In this document: in pieces, positions 14,432-27,703 of the stretch
Position numbering within the stretch: the stretch's first letter is position 1
How the letters are laid out: each line of letters begins with the position of its first letter
Assembly (NCBI GenBank): GCA_963693365.1
Contig: CAVNZM010000002.1
Span: forward strand, 13,115,615 to 13,179,614
Length of the DNA: 64,000 nt
Direction: 5' to 3'
Source of the DNA: Amoebidium appalachense
Taxonomy: Eukaryota; Protista; Ichthyosporea
Position numbers and translations under genes: made by a program
The notes under the pieces: generated by a model
The model's input: the letters and a program-made list of their open reading frames with translations, nothing else
Told to the model about the DNA's origin: nothing
Database searches by the model: none

Positions 14432-14692
14432 TGCGTGTGTGTGTGTGTGCGCGCGCGTGCGTGTGTGTGTGCACATCGGTCAGTTGATGAACATGAATGT
14501 TTACCGCTCTGTTAGCAGTAGTGATACAGAAAAATGATTCACTCAAAGGCGAGGCCGGAAACGAAGCAAATGTAAAAGAAGGGAACAGCGCGAAAAACCA
14601 ACCAGGAAGGGAAATGCCTTCGGCATAAGCATGTAGGAGGTGATCTATCACAAATGTCATGCGCCAAACACATCATAAGACAGAGAGAGAGA

Positions 14693-14726
<34 letters not shown>

Positions 14727-15310
14727 GTCTATGTGGGCCTCTGTATGTGCCGTGCTTGCATGCGTGGGAACGAGGGCGCCCGGGTGCATGTCTGTGCATG
14801 TATGTTTGCGTGTGTATGTACATAAAACAAGAGATGCTTTGTTCTGATTAACAGACCCCCCCCCCCTCCCCCTCTCCCCCCCCCCCCCCCCCGAAAAAAA
14901 AAAAAAAAAAAAAAAAAGGAGAGCAATAAAAAGAAGCAGGAGGTAGACATAGAAACGCAGCACCCAAACAGAGACACGACGGGGAAGGAAAGGAGTCGCC
15001 ATAAGCCACAAGATCAATCAACAGGGGGAAAAAAAAGCAAGCAAATAGAAATTCAGCCCCGTTCTGCTTGCACCGGGGGGGGGGGGGGGGGGGGGGGAGG
15101 GAGGAAGAGGGGAGAAGAGGGGGGGGGAGGGGGGGCTGGAGAGGGAGGAGGGGGGAGGGGGGAGGGGGGGGGGGGGGGGGGAATATATTCCACACCTGCG
15201 CACGACACCATCCTTCTTCACCGTCACCCCCAGTGCCTGTTCCCACTGGGTGGGGCCCAACTTGATGCCCTGTACAAGGGTCTTGCCTCGCGCCATCTCC
15301 CTCTCCGTCT

Positions 15311-15383
<73 letters not shown>

Positions 15384-15782
15384 TGTTTGGGTGGGTGGGT
15401 GGGTGGGGGGGGGGGGTTTTGAATGCGTCAAAAAGTACGAAGTACACAAGAACAAACGGATAACACGATGCAGAATGCAAGCCATACATAAAGAGTATGC
15501 ATAATAAGCAGAGCCCATCCTCAGGGGGGGCCCACGTCATCCACAGTACCCGAGTTTCGACCTATTCCCCTCGTTAACGAAACCCAACTCAGATACTGTT
15601 TCACTTGAACATGAGTAGGTCACCCGTCTTGATCAGAGACGAGCAGGGTTGCTTATGCAGGCAAGGGCAGTGGGAAAGGCCGCGGGGGGGGGGGGGGGGG
15701 GGGGGGGGAGGGGGGGGGGGGGAGAGAGGGGGGGGGGGGGGGGAGAGAGGGTAGGTGTTGTGCGTGAGTGAGTGAGTGAGTA

Positions 15783-15843
<61 letters not shown>

Positions 15844-15849
15844 GTGAGT

Positions 15850-15906
<57 letters not shown>

Positions 15907-16165
15907 TGTGTGTGTGTGTGTGCGTGAGTGAGTGAGTGTGTCTGTGTGTTTGCGTGTGTGTGTGTGTGTGTGTTATGCGTGTGTGCAAGTATGTGTGTGT
16001 GTTTTGTGTGTGTGTGCCTGTTTCTGCATGTATGTGTGTGCATGCATGCATGCACGTGCGATGGTATGTGCGCGCATATGCATGAGTGTGCTTTCACATG
16101 CTTCCCATTTTGCAGCACGGTGAACAAGAGGTGAGCATCGATGATACGGCAAACGTAGCTTAATG

Positions 16166-16209
<44 letters not shown>

Positions 16210-16735
16210 ACAACCACCCACCCCACCCCCGTTGGAGAGTCAAAACCCATAATGTGAAGGCATAGGAACAGCCCTGATGATGAGCTCTGTTCAAGCATCT
16301 TCTGCCACTTTTTAATTTGTTAACTTTTCTTATTTGTTCCATTCTATGATTCGACTTCGGGTTTTTATGATTATTATGGTTTATTCTAATAAAATGCCCT
16401 TTGGTGTCTCCTGCATAATTCCACCTTTCTAATGTATACATCATCATCCCCCCCCTCCCCCCCCCCCCCCCAATATTTCCCACCCCTCTAATGTATACAT
16501 CATCCCCTCCCCCTCTGCGCCCCCAGGAGGGCCCCAGCCCCTCACCCACCAAAAAAAAAAATAAAAAAAAAATAAAGATAGAACCAAAACCAAAAGCAAA
16601 AATAGAACATAAAAATAAAACCCACCTCTAGCCTGGCCAGTCTCTCTGCTGACACGCAGCCAATGGCAGCACCCATACGGGTCAGGCGGAGGTCGGCATT
16701 GTCGGCACGCATAGTAAGACGGTACTCGGCACGGC

Positions 16736-16780
<45 letters not shown>

Positions 16781-17966
16781 CGTGCATGCGTGCGTGCTGG
16801 TGGGTAGGTGGGTGGATAATTGGGCTTTGGGGTTGTGGGCGGGTAAATTTTGGGGATTGGCGGGTGAAGAGGTTGATTAGGGAATACAGAGGGTTCCAAG
16901 TACCTAATCCACATACCCTCACACAAAACGTTAACAAGAGCACAAGCGCACACACACGCACTCTCACACATATACACCGACACGTCGCATACACCACATC
17001 TGCACACACACACGTTCACAACACACATAAACCAAATCCCCGTCCACACATGCAAGCACACCCACCCACCCAACCACCCCCCCCCCCTCCCCCTCCCCCC
17101 CACCCCCCCTCCCGACCCACCCACATAACCAAACCCCCCTCCCTCCCCCCCTCCCCAACCCCCCCCAACCCCCCCCCCCCCCCCCCCTTCCCTCTCAAAC
17201 ATCACAACACCCACCCATGTGTCCCACAATCACACACCTCGTGAACATTCGATACGGTTCGGGTGTACCGTTCGTGATCAGATCGTCGATTAGAACCCCG
17301 ACATATGCGGTGGCACGATCGAGCACAAACGGGGCCCTTCCCTGCACCTTAAGCCCCGCATTGATTCCCGCCATCACCCCCTGTGGAAAAAGTAATTTAT
17401 GAATGTCGGAATTATGCCTCTCGCAAAAACAAAATGTTTTGTGTGTGAGAAATATATCTCTCGAACTGAACAAAGCACTTCGTCAGATAGTGATGCAAAC
17501 CACCAGTACTTTTTGTAAACTTTTTCGACTAAAGAAAGCACCAAGCTGGCCAAGTAGGGAATGAGCAGAGAGAGAAAGGAGGGGGAGGGGGGAGGGAGGG
17601 AAAGGGAGAGGGATTGAGGGACTAAGGGACTGAGCGAGGGAAGGAAGAATGGTGGAGAGAGGGGGGCAGGGAGGGAGGGAGGGAGGGAGGGGGAGAAGGG
17701 AGGGAGGGATGGATGGAGGGAGGGAGGGGGAGAAGGGAGGGAGGGACGGACGGACGGACGGAGGGAGGGAGGGAGGGAGGGACGGAGGGACGGAGAGAGA
17801 GAGCGAGAGAGGGAGGCCGGGCAGGCAGGGCGGGGAGCGAGCGAGAGACGGAGAGAGGGGGGGGGGGAGGGGAGAGAGGGGGGGGAGGGGGCTAGAGAGA
17901 GAGAAAGAGGGGGGGGGAGAGAGAGAGGGGCAGAGAGAGAGAGAGAGAGAGAGAGAGAATGTGTGT

Positions 17967-17997
<31 letters not shown>

Positions 17998-18637
17998 GGG
18001 GGAGGGGGAGAAGGGAAGGCAAAGACCTGAGATGCGGCTTCCTCATACCCCGTGGTCCCGTTGATCTGACCAGCTGGAAGGGGGGGGGGGGGGGGGGGGG
18101 AGACAGAAAGAGAGAGAGAGAGAGAGAAAGAAGGGGGGGGGGGGGGGGGAGGGAGGGAAGGAGGGGGGATTGTTAGCAATGTAAAGTGGTGAAAGAGAAA
18201 GGGGCTGGGTCGATGGAGAGATGGAATGGCGGGTGGACAAGGTTTAGCTTAGCTATTTCAATAACAGCAAAAAGATACTGTAACAACGGTATCAGATTAA
18301 TACTACTAAATACCACCGCCACCACACTATCTTCATTGCATTATCATTACGTTGGTTGGTTGGTTGGGGGCTGAGAGGGGAAGGTGGGGGGGAGGATGTG
18401 GGAGAGAGAGAGAGAGAGGCCAAGGGTAACACGAGTACAAGGAAGTACAAAGTAAGAAAGCGTTTCCACAACTTCTTTCTTCTCCATACCGACACTCCTG
18501 ATCTTGTGGAAATGAAACGTGCCACTGCAATTGTCATATATGAAAAAGAAAGGACAACGGGTGTTTGGATTTTGCGTGTGGATGTTGATGTGCAGGGGAA
18601 AGGGAAAGGGTGAAAGTAAGGGAGGGAGGGAGGAGGA

Positions 18638-18671
<34 letters not shown>

Positions 18672-18805
18672 AGAATGCGGAACCTGGTACGAAGTACAAG
18701 TACACGATGAGAAACACGGTGCAGGACACAAGCAAAAGTAAACATTCGAATATGCAATATCAGCAACGCGCGCAGTGTGCAAACAAGCAGAGCCAAGCCT
18801 CGAGT

Positions 18806-18836
<31 letters not shown>

Positions 18837-18977
18837 CTCACCAAGGAAAAGACCGGAAACCTTTTTCGTTTCCAAAGATGCAGTGAGCTCCCTCGGGTCA
18901 ACATGGTCATATGCCACACCATAGCCTGTGTGTGTGTGTGTGTGTGCGCGCGCGCGTGCGCGTGCGTGCGTGCGTGC

Positions 18978-19056
<79 letters not shown>

Positions 19057-20006
19057 TGTGTCTGTCTGTCTGTGTGTGTGTGTGTGTATGCGCACGCGTG
19101 TGTTTGTGTGCGAGTGAGTGAGTGAGTGCGTGTACGTGTGTGTCCGTTGGTCCGTCGTTCATCCGTGTGTCGTTCTAAGGTGTGTACGGGTGAACTTTGA
19201 TTAATGTGCAGTGTGCATTGATGTGCTGTATAAGCAAATGACCCCCCCACTCCCCCCCCCCCCCCCCGGCCCCCCTCTCTCTACCCCCCCCCCCCCCCCG
19301 GCCCCTACCTCCCGCAAACACAAACATCTACCCCCACCCAATCATCTCCCCATTAGGCACTCCATCATTCCAGTGCACATTCCTTTTGCATTTCACACAA
19401 ACCTGAGCGCAGCATGACGACATTCTCCAGCCCCTTTATGCACCTCAGGAACTGCAGCTGGTATTCCTCCGGCATGGTCATGCTGATGCCGTTGGGGTAC
19501 ACCACGTGCGTGTTCAGCCCTGTGCCCACCTTACGTAAGTCTTGTGCAAGCACTCGCACACACGGTCACTCTCTATACGCACACCAAGCAGGGTCGAACC
19601 TTGTTGTGTACACACTGTATGAATGAAATTTGCACCCAAGACCGATCTATTAGGAAATATATACACACACGCTCAGGAAATCTTCGTGTTTCATGCGTGC
19701 CCGACCGCGTGGGTGAGTGGGTGAGTGGGTGGGGTGGGTGGGTGGCGGGGGGGGGGGGGGGGGGGGGGGGATGAGGAGGAGGGGGTGAGGAGAAAGCGGG
19801 AGGGGGGAGGGGGGAAATGGGAAGCAGCACCCCCCGTCCACAAGTGCCCACTAAGTGAGACAGCGCGTGGAGATGACGGGTGTATGATATTGCACGTGTT
19901 GGTGTTTTGTGCGTATACCCAGTGTATAGAAAAGAAGTGATAGCACACCGCGCGCGAGATGTTTCATGTTTTTTGGGAAGAGAGAGGCAGGGCGAGGAGA
20001 GAAATA

Positions 20007-20044
<38 letters not shown>

Positions 20045-20128
20045 GGGCGCACCTTCGGGCTCCAGCCAGACCTGGTGTCTATCTTTGTGCGAAAAGCGGA
20101 TGGTCTTGGACTCGATGGAAGGGCAGAA

Positions 20129-20171
<43 letters not shown>

Positions 20172-20771
20172 CGAGGGGAGAGGGAGGGCGGGAAGTTGGG
20201 GGAGAGGGGGAGAGGGAGGGAAACGTGAGGGGAGTGAGGGGAAAAGGGGAAGGGGGTTTGAATGCGGAGGGGGATGTTAACAACCATGCCAGAGGAACTG
20301 GCAACCTCCATCCTCAGTTAGCCTTAATGAGACACATACCCCTAAGCGTTGCAAACCCCCTCCCCCCCCGCCCCCCACACACCCCCGGGGGGCATTATAT
20401 ACTTATGTATGTATGTATGTATGTTTAATGGAAAAAAGGGACAACAGGAGCAACGACCTTAGAAATCACCACCCATCTGCCAGATAAACCCTGTACGACG
20501 CAAACAGGCCATTCATAGCACGGGGAGAAATGTATGCACACATGCAGTTGGGGTGTGCATGTCATGATGTGGTTTGTGTGTCGCCTACAGGCTATCTCAC
20601 GCCTTGTGACTACAAAAGGAAGAAAGGTATGCTGTGATTCTGTGGATGGGTGGGTTGGAATGTGTTGAAAGTATCACTGTATGTGTGCGTACGTGCGTGT
20701 GGTGTGTGTGGATGTGTGTGCCAGCAGTGCGTGCCTGCGCGTGTAACATGTGTGCATTTGCGTTTCATGTA

Positions 20772-20833
<62 letters not shown>

Positions 20834-20898
20834 CGCGCGCGCGCGCAAACGGACACGTGTGCGCATGTACATGCGAGCACGTGTGTTTCGTATGTACA

Positions 20899-20932
<34 letters not shown>

Positions 20933-22161
20933 CGTGTGTGTGTGTGGGGGGGGGGGGGGGGGGAGGGGGGAGGTGTCTGCGTGTATGTTTGCACACACAT
21001 GTGTGAACATATGCGCACGTGCTTGTAACACACACATGTCGTACGTGTGTGTGTGCATGTGTACGCACGTGCATGCTCACGTACCGTGGCCCCCTTGTCT
21101 CCTCCTGCACGTGGCAGTTCTGGGTGAGTGTTGATCGGATGATGTCGTGAGCCTTTGCATTGGTGTGTGTCATATGGCACAGGACTTGCTGGTCCTGTGT
21201 GGAAAACAATGAGAAACCTAAAAATTAGTATAAGCAGATGAGAGGGAGTGGAAGAGAGGAAAGAGGGGAAAAAGGGGTGGAGAGGAACGGGGAGGGAAGG
21301 GAAGGGAAGGGTAGGAGATGGGTAGGGGAGAGGAAAGCGGAGGGCCGGGAAGGCCGGGGGAGGGGGGGGGGGAGGTGAGTGAGAGCGAGGCAGAGGCAAA
21401 GGGGGAGGGATGAAGGGAGATAAATGGAAAACGAATGGTAACAATAAATAGATAACCCGTCGGCAAATTCCCTAACGGCCCCCCCCCCTCCCCTCCCCCC
21501 CCCAAACAACCAACCCCACCCCCCCCACACACACACCCGCACACACAAAACATGGGTTTTAGCTAAACCGAATGTGTGCATGTGTCAAGCCCTACCTAGG
21601 CCAACCGTGTTTCTTTACATCAAATATTGATCTTCATTTTTTTTATTTATAGTTTTTTCATTCCTTTTTTTACTTGGTGACGGTGGCGGTGGTAATTTGG
21701 TTGAGGAATGAAGGAGGGGCGGGGCGGGGGGGGGGGGGGGGGGGGGGGGGGTTAGAATATTAGGAGTTTGGGATAACTTACAGCATGATCCACAGTCGTG
21801 TTCATAAACGAAAATGGTGTAGGAACATCATCCCCATACTGGGGTATGAGCTCGCTATAGTCTATAGTCCGACCATCAAGACGGGGGGGTGTGCCTGTCT
21901 TCAGCCTGCCCATCTTGAATCCAATGTTGTATAGTGTGTCGGCTAGCCCAATGGCTGCTTTCTCACCGTGACGGCCCGCGGGAATACATTTGAGGCCTTG
22001 AAGGGGGAAAAAAAAAGGAAAAAAAAAAAAAAAAAAAAAGGAATTGTTAGAAGCCCTGAACCTGAAAATGTCGTTTGAAAAAAATAGAAAGAATTACATG
22101 AAAGTCTTTTGGATTGTTAGAGGAAAGCGGTGGATTGATGGGATGGGATGAATTGGTGCGA

Positions 22162-22237
<76 letters not shown>

Positions 22238-22837
22238 GCGCATGCATGTGTGCGTGCGCGCGCGCATGTGCGTGCATGCAAGTATACGTCAGGCAAAGGC
22301 CGGGGGAGGGGGGGGGGGGGGGGGGGGGTTAAAAGGTAAAAATGCATAACAGGGTACGAAGCACACATTCACGTTGGACAACACAACTCAGATTCCGGGG
22401 AAAAGGAGTATACACAGAACTTTATCATGGTTTTTCGGAGGACAAGGGGGGGGTGGGGTGGGGTGGGGGGGGGGGTTGAAGGGGGGATTTTTGCACGTAC
22501 CAATGTGGATTTCACCCCTCAGGAATGTTCCTGTGGTGATGACCACGGCATTTGCCTTGATGACGTCACCATTGGCTGCACGCATCGTGACGTCAGAATA
22601 GGGGGCCTGGGCCCAACCACACACCCACACACCCGCCCCTCCACATACGCGTGGGAACCTAACCTGGAAAAAACGAACCCTCCTCCTTCCATCCTCTTCC
22701 GCCCCGCCCCCTCTTCTCCACACAGGAATTCCCCCCCCCCCCCCCAAAAAAAAAACCCACACTCTCCTCCCCCCTCCCCCCCACACTCAAGGTACACTCT
22801 TCTTTTAGCACTTCAGCCTTTCCTGCCCTTCCGTGCC

Positions 22838-22868
<31 letters not shown>

Positions 22869-23327
22869 ACAAAAAAAGAAAAGCATGAGCTTCGACTCTT
22901 TAACCTCTCGCGCGTGGTTCCCAACCCATACTTTGTTTCGACAGCCTTGAATAGGCGAGTCCACCCGTCTTGGCCAAAGACGAGCAGGGTTGTTCAAGGA
23001 GTAGCAATCTAAGAACACAGGAGGATGAATTGAGACGGGCAGTTACATACCCAATTTCACCCCACAGACCCTCGGCCTGTCCTCGCTCTCTCCCTGCTCC
23101 AAAATCAAATCCTCAACGGAGCACTCATAAACACTCAGGTTGGGCGTGTTCTGAGGGAACAAAAAGGGCGAGGGGGGGGGAAGGGGGGGGGGGGGGGAGG
23201 TGGAGGAGGAGGAGGGGGGGGGGGGGGGTTAGTATTTAACATAGCAGAACATACGTGTGTCATGTCATGACTTCTACGAGGAGTTTAGTTATAAGGGGGG
23301 GGGGGGGGGGGGGGGGGGGGAGCAAAG

Positions 23328-23376
<49 letters not shown>

Positions 23377-23531
23377 TCTCTCACATACGAGGATGTGTTT
23401 GTGTGCGAATTGTTTTTTTTTTGTTTTTTTTTTTGCTCTTCCTTGATCTTCATTCTAATAATGTTAACTATCATCATCATCATCATCATCATGATTATTA
23501 TTACTACTATTATTACTATTATTATCACCAT

Positions 23532-23567
<36 letters not shown>

Positions 23568-23594
23568 TATACATATATACATATTGTTGTGTGT

Positions 23595-23656
<62 letters not shown>

Positions 23657-23737
23657 GTATACATTCAATAGCTCATCCTGGACTACTCGTCGATAAATGT
23701 CTCGGTCAATCTGTGCCCGAGGGCCCTGAAAAAGAAA

Positions 23738-23778
<41 letters not shown>

Positions 23779-24079
23779 AGGGAGGAGGAGGACGGGGGGG
23801 AGGGGGGAGGGGGGGGGGGGAATAAGCAGTTAGCAATATTGAAATCGCTCAAAGGTTGTGTTTTGGTGAGCAAGAAACGGAGGGGAGTATGTAAGCGGAA
23901 TAAAACGAGATGTATTGTGATCAGCGCTGAAAAGTACTTATACGACGGCATATAACCGTATTCTTCTACAATTGTGCATATATACCGTATTTCTTGGGCA
24001 CTCTTCGTAAATCCCCCGTATTTTTCCTCACTCTCCGCCTTGTTTTTCTTGCTACATTTTTGCAGGCACGGAAGCATGC

Positions 24080-24138
<59 letters not shown>

Positions 24139-25051
24139 CATGACCTAAGCACCAAAAAACCTTGGAAGTAACCCATTTCTTCGCACTTCTCCTCTGAGCA
24201 GTTATAGACCTCACCGCGGCGGCCGGCGGCTCAGATCGACCGAATAAAATGAAGCATAGCGATCAAAGGAAAGACACATGAAATTGACCTTTTTTTATAT
24301 TTATTAACTTTCATTGCGGCCAAAACCCATTACATGCTTAGTAGAAAATACGCAGGGGACCAAGACGCTTATTTTGATACCTTTATATACTGAGCGCAAT
24401 ACGAAGCCGCAAACTTTCGTATAGTAGAACTGTGATGCACACCCCCTTCATAGTAGCAAAAGTTTGAAAGTTTGAGTTTCATTTCAGTTTTGACCCATCA
24501 AATCGTTGAGCTCAAATTCATAGTCTCCCCCCGATGCGTCGACCGCCGCTGATCGAACTGGCCGGCAGGAGGCCGCTGGCGGCGGCCTGGAATACTACAA
24601 AACAAGTCCTACTTAGACAAAAACAATGGTTTTTCTTCACGCTAAGGACCAATCGGTATAAAAAAACGTCGTTTCATTGTGGATAATTTGAGCTCAACAT
24701 TGTTAGGCTTATACTATGACTAGAGGGCTGATATTTATGGATGAAAGAGGATTCGGGCCCATATTCCATATCCAGCATGCTACATTTTATTCCGGGACGT
24801 GGCTCACGGTAAGGTCTACAGACTTTACAAAAAACAAAAAAAACAAAACTCAACTTATTTCATCAAACCATACACCCATTTATTATTATATTTTTTTATT
24901 ACTGATAGTGTTATTATTAATATAAACAAGAGAATCTCACCTGCACGGCTGCTCCCTTACTTCTATTCAGCATCTTGAACTGAATCCCTGCCTTGTCTGC
25001 ACAGAAACCACCACTCAGCCATCCCACTTGCATGTCACTATATGCTTTATC

Positions 25052-25082
<31 letters not shown>

Positions 25083-25310
25083 ACACACACACACCCACCC
25101 ACACACCTTTTTCTTGTCTTGCAGCCCAGCCCCTCCCCCCCCCCCCCTCCTCTGCCTCCCTCCCTCCCCCCCCCCCCCCCCCCAAAAAAAAAAAAAGCTT
25201 CTTCCTTCTCCTGCTGCCCCCCCCCCCCCCCTCTCTTCCTACACACACACACACACACATACCACCACCACCAGCACCCAGGCTCCATCCCCTCCATTCA
25301 TCCCCCCTCC

Positions 25311-25346
<36 letters not shown>

Positions 25347-25578
25347 ACCCACCCCCCCCCTCTCCCCTCCCTCTCCCCTCCAAAAAAAGGTGTAAATGAG
25401 AAAAAGGCTGAGGGAGCCTACAGCAAATAGAAATGCTCCATATTAACTCTGAAAGAAGACACAAATGTACCCAGTGTACCGGGGTCAGAGGGGAGGGGAA
25501 GACCCCCCTCCTCCCCCCCCTCCCCCCTCCCACTCATATTGCCTTTGCTCATGCTTGCTCCCCGTCCCCCTCCCCCCC

Positions 25579-25610
<32 letters not shown>

Positions 25611-26965
25611 CCGCCCTTTTCGCATGAAATAACAAACTGGAAAAGAGGGAATCCAGGGGTGCACTCACCGCACATTCTTGCACAGACACCCCCCAGGGCG
25701 TCAATTTCCCTCACCAGCTGACCCTTACCAATGCCCCCAAATGACGGGTTGCATGACATTTCGCCTGGAGTGGGGGGGGGGGGGAGGGGGTGCTTGTAAG
25801 TCAGTACAAAAGTACGTTTTGCAAACAAAAACAACTCCTGTAATCGGTACACAGACACTTCCATCGCATTCAAGAACATCGCAAAACTATGTAATATGAC
25901 GTGGTATCACGTAATTTACCTTAATCCTTCCGCAAAAACATCCTGGTTCAACCTCCTCCCCCTCCCTCCCCCCACCACACACACACACACACACACACAC
26001 CACCACCACTGGTGCCGTACCCCCGTTTATCATCCTTCTCCCCCTTCTCCCAACTCCCTTCATTCGTTCCCTCCCTCTGCTCTCTCTCTCTCTCTCTCTC
26101 CTCCCTCCCCCCCCCCCCCCCCCCCCCCGTCTGCTCTCCTTTTTCTTGCAAACTCACCCACCCACATCACCTATCTACAGCCCCATGGCACACACATGCA
26201 ACCCATATTGTTAGCCCTACCAGAAACTCCATTATCCTTTTTTCTTGGTTGTCTTCAACTCCGCGCCCAACCAAAATCCCTCTCGCCATCCCCCCCCCCC
26301 CCCCCCCCCCCCCCCTTTCCCCCCCCCCCCCCCCTCCCCCCGTCTGCTCGCCCCGCCCCCCGCCCCTCCCACGTTCCACCAAAAAAACGGACCGGAATCC
26401 TGAGCCTGTGATGAAACACCCACACCCACACCTCACCCACACTCACTTACCCCTCCACGCCCACCAGCACCCATTCTCCACCACCGAGCCACTCCTCCCG
26501 CCCCTACATCCCCCCCCACCGCCCCCCCTCCCCCGCTAGTCCCCCGGCCTCCCCTTCTACACACACACACACGACCACCGTGCCATTCACCACACCCTCC
26601 TTCCCTCCCCTAACCACCTCCCTCCCCCCTCCCCCCCCCCCCCCCAACCCATCCACCCCATTCTCCTCTTCCTATCCCTCTGTTCATGGCCCCCTCCCTT
26701 TCATTCGGAAATACCAAAAAGTAAAAACAAAAAGAGAAAAAAAAGCGACACACATACCCAGTGTTTTCTTGCTGTATGTCAGCAGGGCGGTACGTGCGCC
26801 CATGCGCGCAGCAGCCGAGCAAGCCTCCGTGCCGGCATGGCCGCCCCCAATGACTATGACGTCATATGTGTGCTCGCCCGCAGCGGCCGTGGCGTGCGTG
26901 TAGTGCCTGCAAACAGTAGATGCTAGGCGGAGGCGCACGGATGCGCTTGGGGCCAAGCGAAGCAT
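12854..26965 (-). CDS. MTO1: Mitochondrial tRNA U34 modification enzyme MTO1 (GidA/MnmG family), 18 exons
   Basis: Exons about 26758-26965, 25669-25764, 24941-24996, 23663-23725, 23051-23150, 22501-22575, 21782-21996, 21085-21194, 20053-20129, 19403-19519, 18842-18925, 18027-18073, 17238-17380, 16626-16734, 15196-15311, 14287-14396, 13432-13528 and 12854-13031. Motifs [81 protein letters not shown]. Arg/Ser-rich N-terminal transit peptide. Confidence 0.96.
13667..13898 (-). mobile_element. Structured-RNA repeat, subfamily C, 5'-truncated copy
   Basis: Minus strand reads ...UAUGGGUUGGG...GAGUGGAAGCCCAUGC...CCCCCUGAUGAUGGGCUCUGUUCAAG..., with a tail ending gcatacat followed by poly-C. Homologous to 16231-16447 and 22879-23000. 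Confidence 0.75.
15417..15681 (-). mobile_element. Structured-RNA repeat, subfamily A, full-length (~265 bp), flanked by poly-C on both sides
   Basis: Near-identical to 51188-51449 and 58769-59032. The core 15504-15656 is closed by AUAAGCA/UGCUUAU. The 3' end is GCATTCAAA followed by poly-C. Confidence 0.9.
16231..16505 (+). mobile_element. Structured-RNA repeat, subfamily C, 5'-truncated, plus a short tandem re-copy of its 3' end
   Basis: Reads gagtcaaaacccat...cataggaacagccCTGATGAtgagctctgttcaag...ctaatgtatacatc then poly-C. The 3' end recurs at about 16471-16505. Confidence 0.7.
18671..18801 (-). mobile_element. Structured-RNA repeat, subfamily B, degenerate 3' fragment between G/C tracts
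   Basis: Aligns by eye to 59826-59972 (gaatgcggaac...gtacgaagtac...acacgatgaga...gcaggacaca...aagcagagcc). Confidence 0.7.
22879..23000 (-). mobile_element. Structured-RNA repeat, subfamily C, 5' half
   Basis: Minus strand: CUUGAACAACCCUGCUCGUCUUUGGCCAAGACGGGUGGACUC...UAUGGGUUGGG...GAGUCGAAGCUCAUGC. It shares the CAACCCUGCUCGUC...AAGACGGGU block with subfamilies A and B. Confidence 0.75.
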
Positions 26966-27703
26966 TTTTGCCTTTCTCTATCTGCTGGTGTTCTCTTGTG
27001 GGGTTGTGTGATGTGGTGGATTGGAAGTGGTGAGGTGGTACGTGCGAGGGGGGAGGGGGTCGCTGGCCAGGGTGGGTGTGGGGAGGAAGCGAGGATCTTT
27101 GGAAGGATGGAGAGGGGGAACCGCGACGGAGGCGGGAGACGCCAAAGGGGGAGGTGGGATATAAGGGGCACCAGAAAAGGCAACCCTCAAGTAGGCTACA
27201 GAAGGCTACAGAGCGATGTCGAGGATTTTATGTTTCAAAGAAACAAACAATCAGAAGCTAATTGCTGGGTGTGAGCGTGCAGAATGATATGCTGTTCCTC
27301 AACCAATAATGCCTGTTTTCCTTCTTCTATTTGCAAAGCTTTCAGTTAGGCCTACAGCCATGCCAGAATAAGATGGCAAATGTACATGCTTCCTGGAGCT
27401 AGTCTCATTCAGACCCCATATATCATCATACTAAAAGAGAGAAAGATAATGAATGCTTCCAGAGAAGTAAACGCTTTAGATTAATGGCTCACTAAATCAT
27501 GCGTGGTTATCGATGCGCAAAACTGGCACAAACTGATATTTGGGGGCCTGTGGACATGATCGACGGCTTTATAAATCGCATGTCACACTCACAGACAGTG
27601 CCTCAGTCATCAGGTCGTTTGAGTTCAGTGATTCGTGAATTCCACTTCACCTGATTTGCAAGTCTCTCGCGGCACTGCTCGGCACTGCTTGACAATCGGC
27701 AAA

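Noticed and set aside
15504-15656. Canonical type I/II/III hammerhead, C/D snoRNA, SRP or tRNA-derived SINE as the identity of the repeat
   Set aside because: The strand order does not fit a canonical hammerhead. There is no terminal box C/D arrangement, SRP S-domain motif, cloverleaf or A/B boxes that I can recognise.
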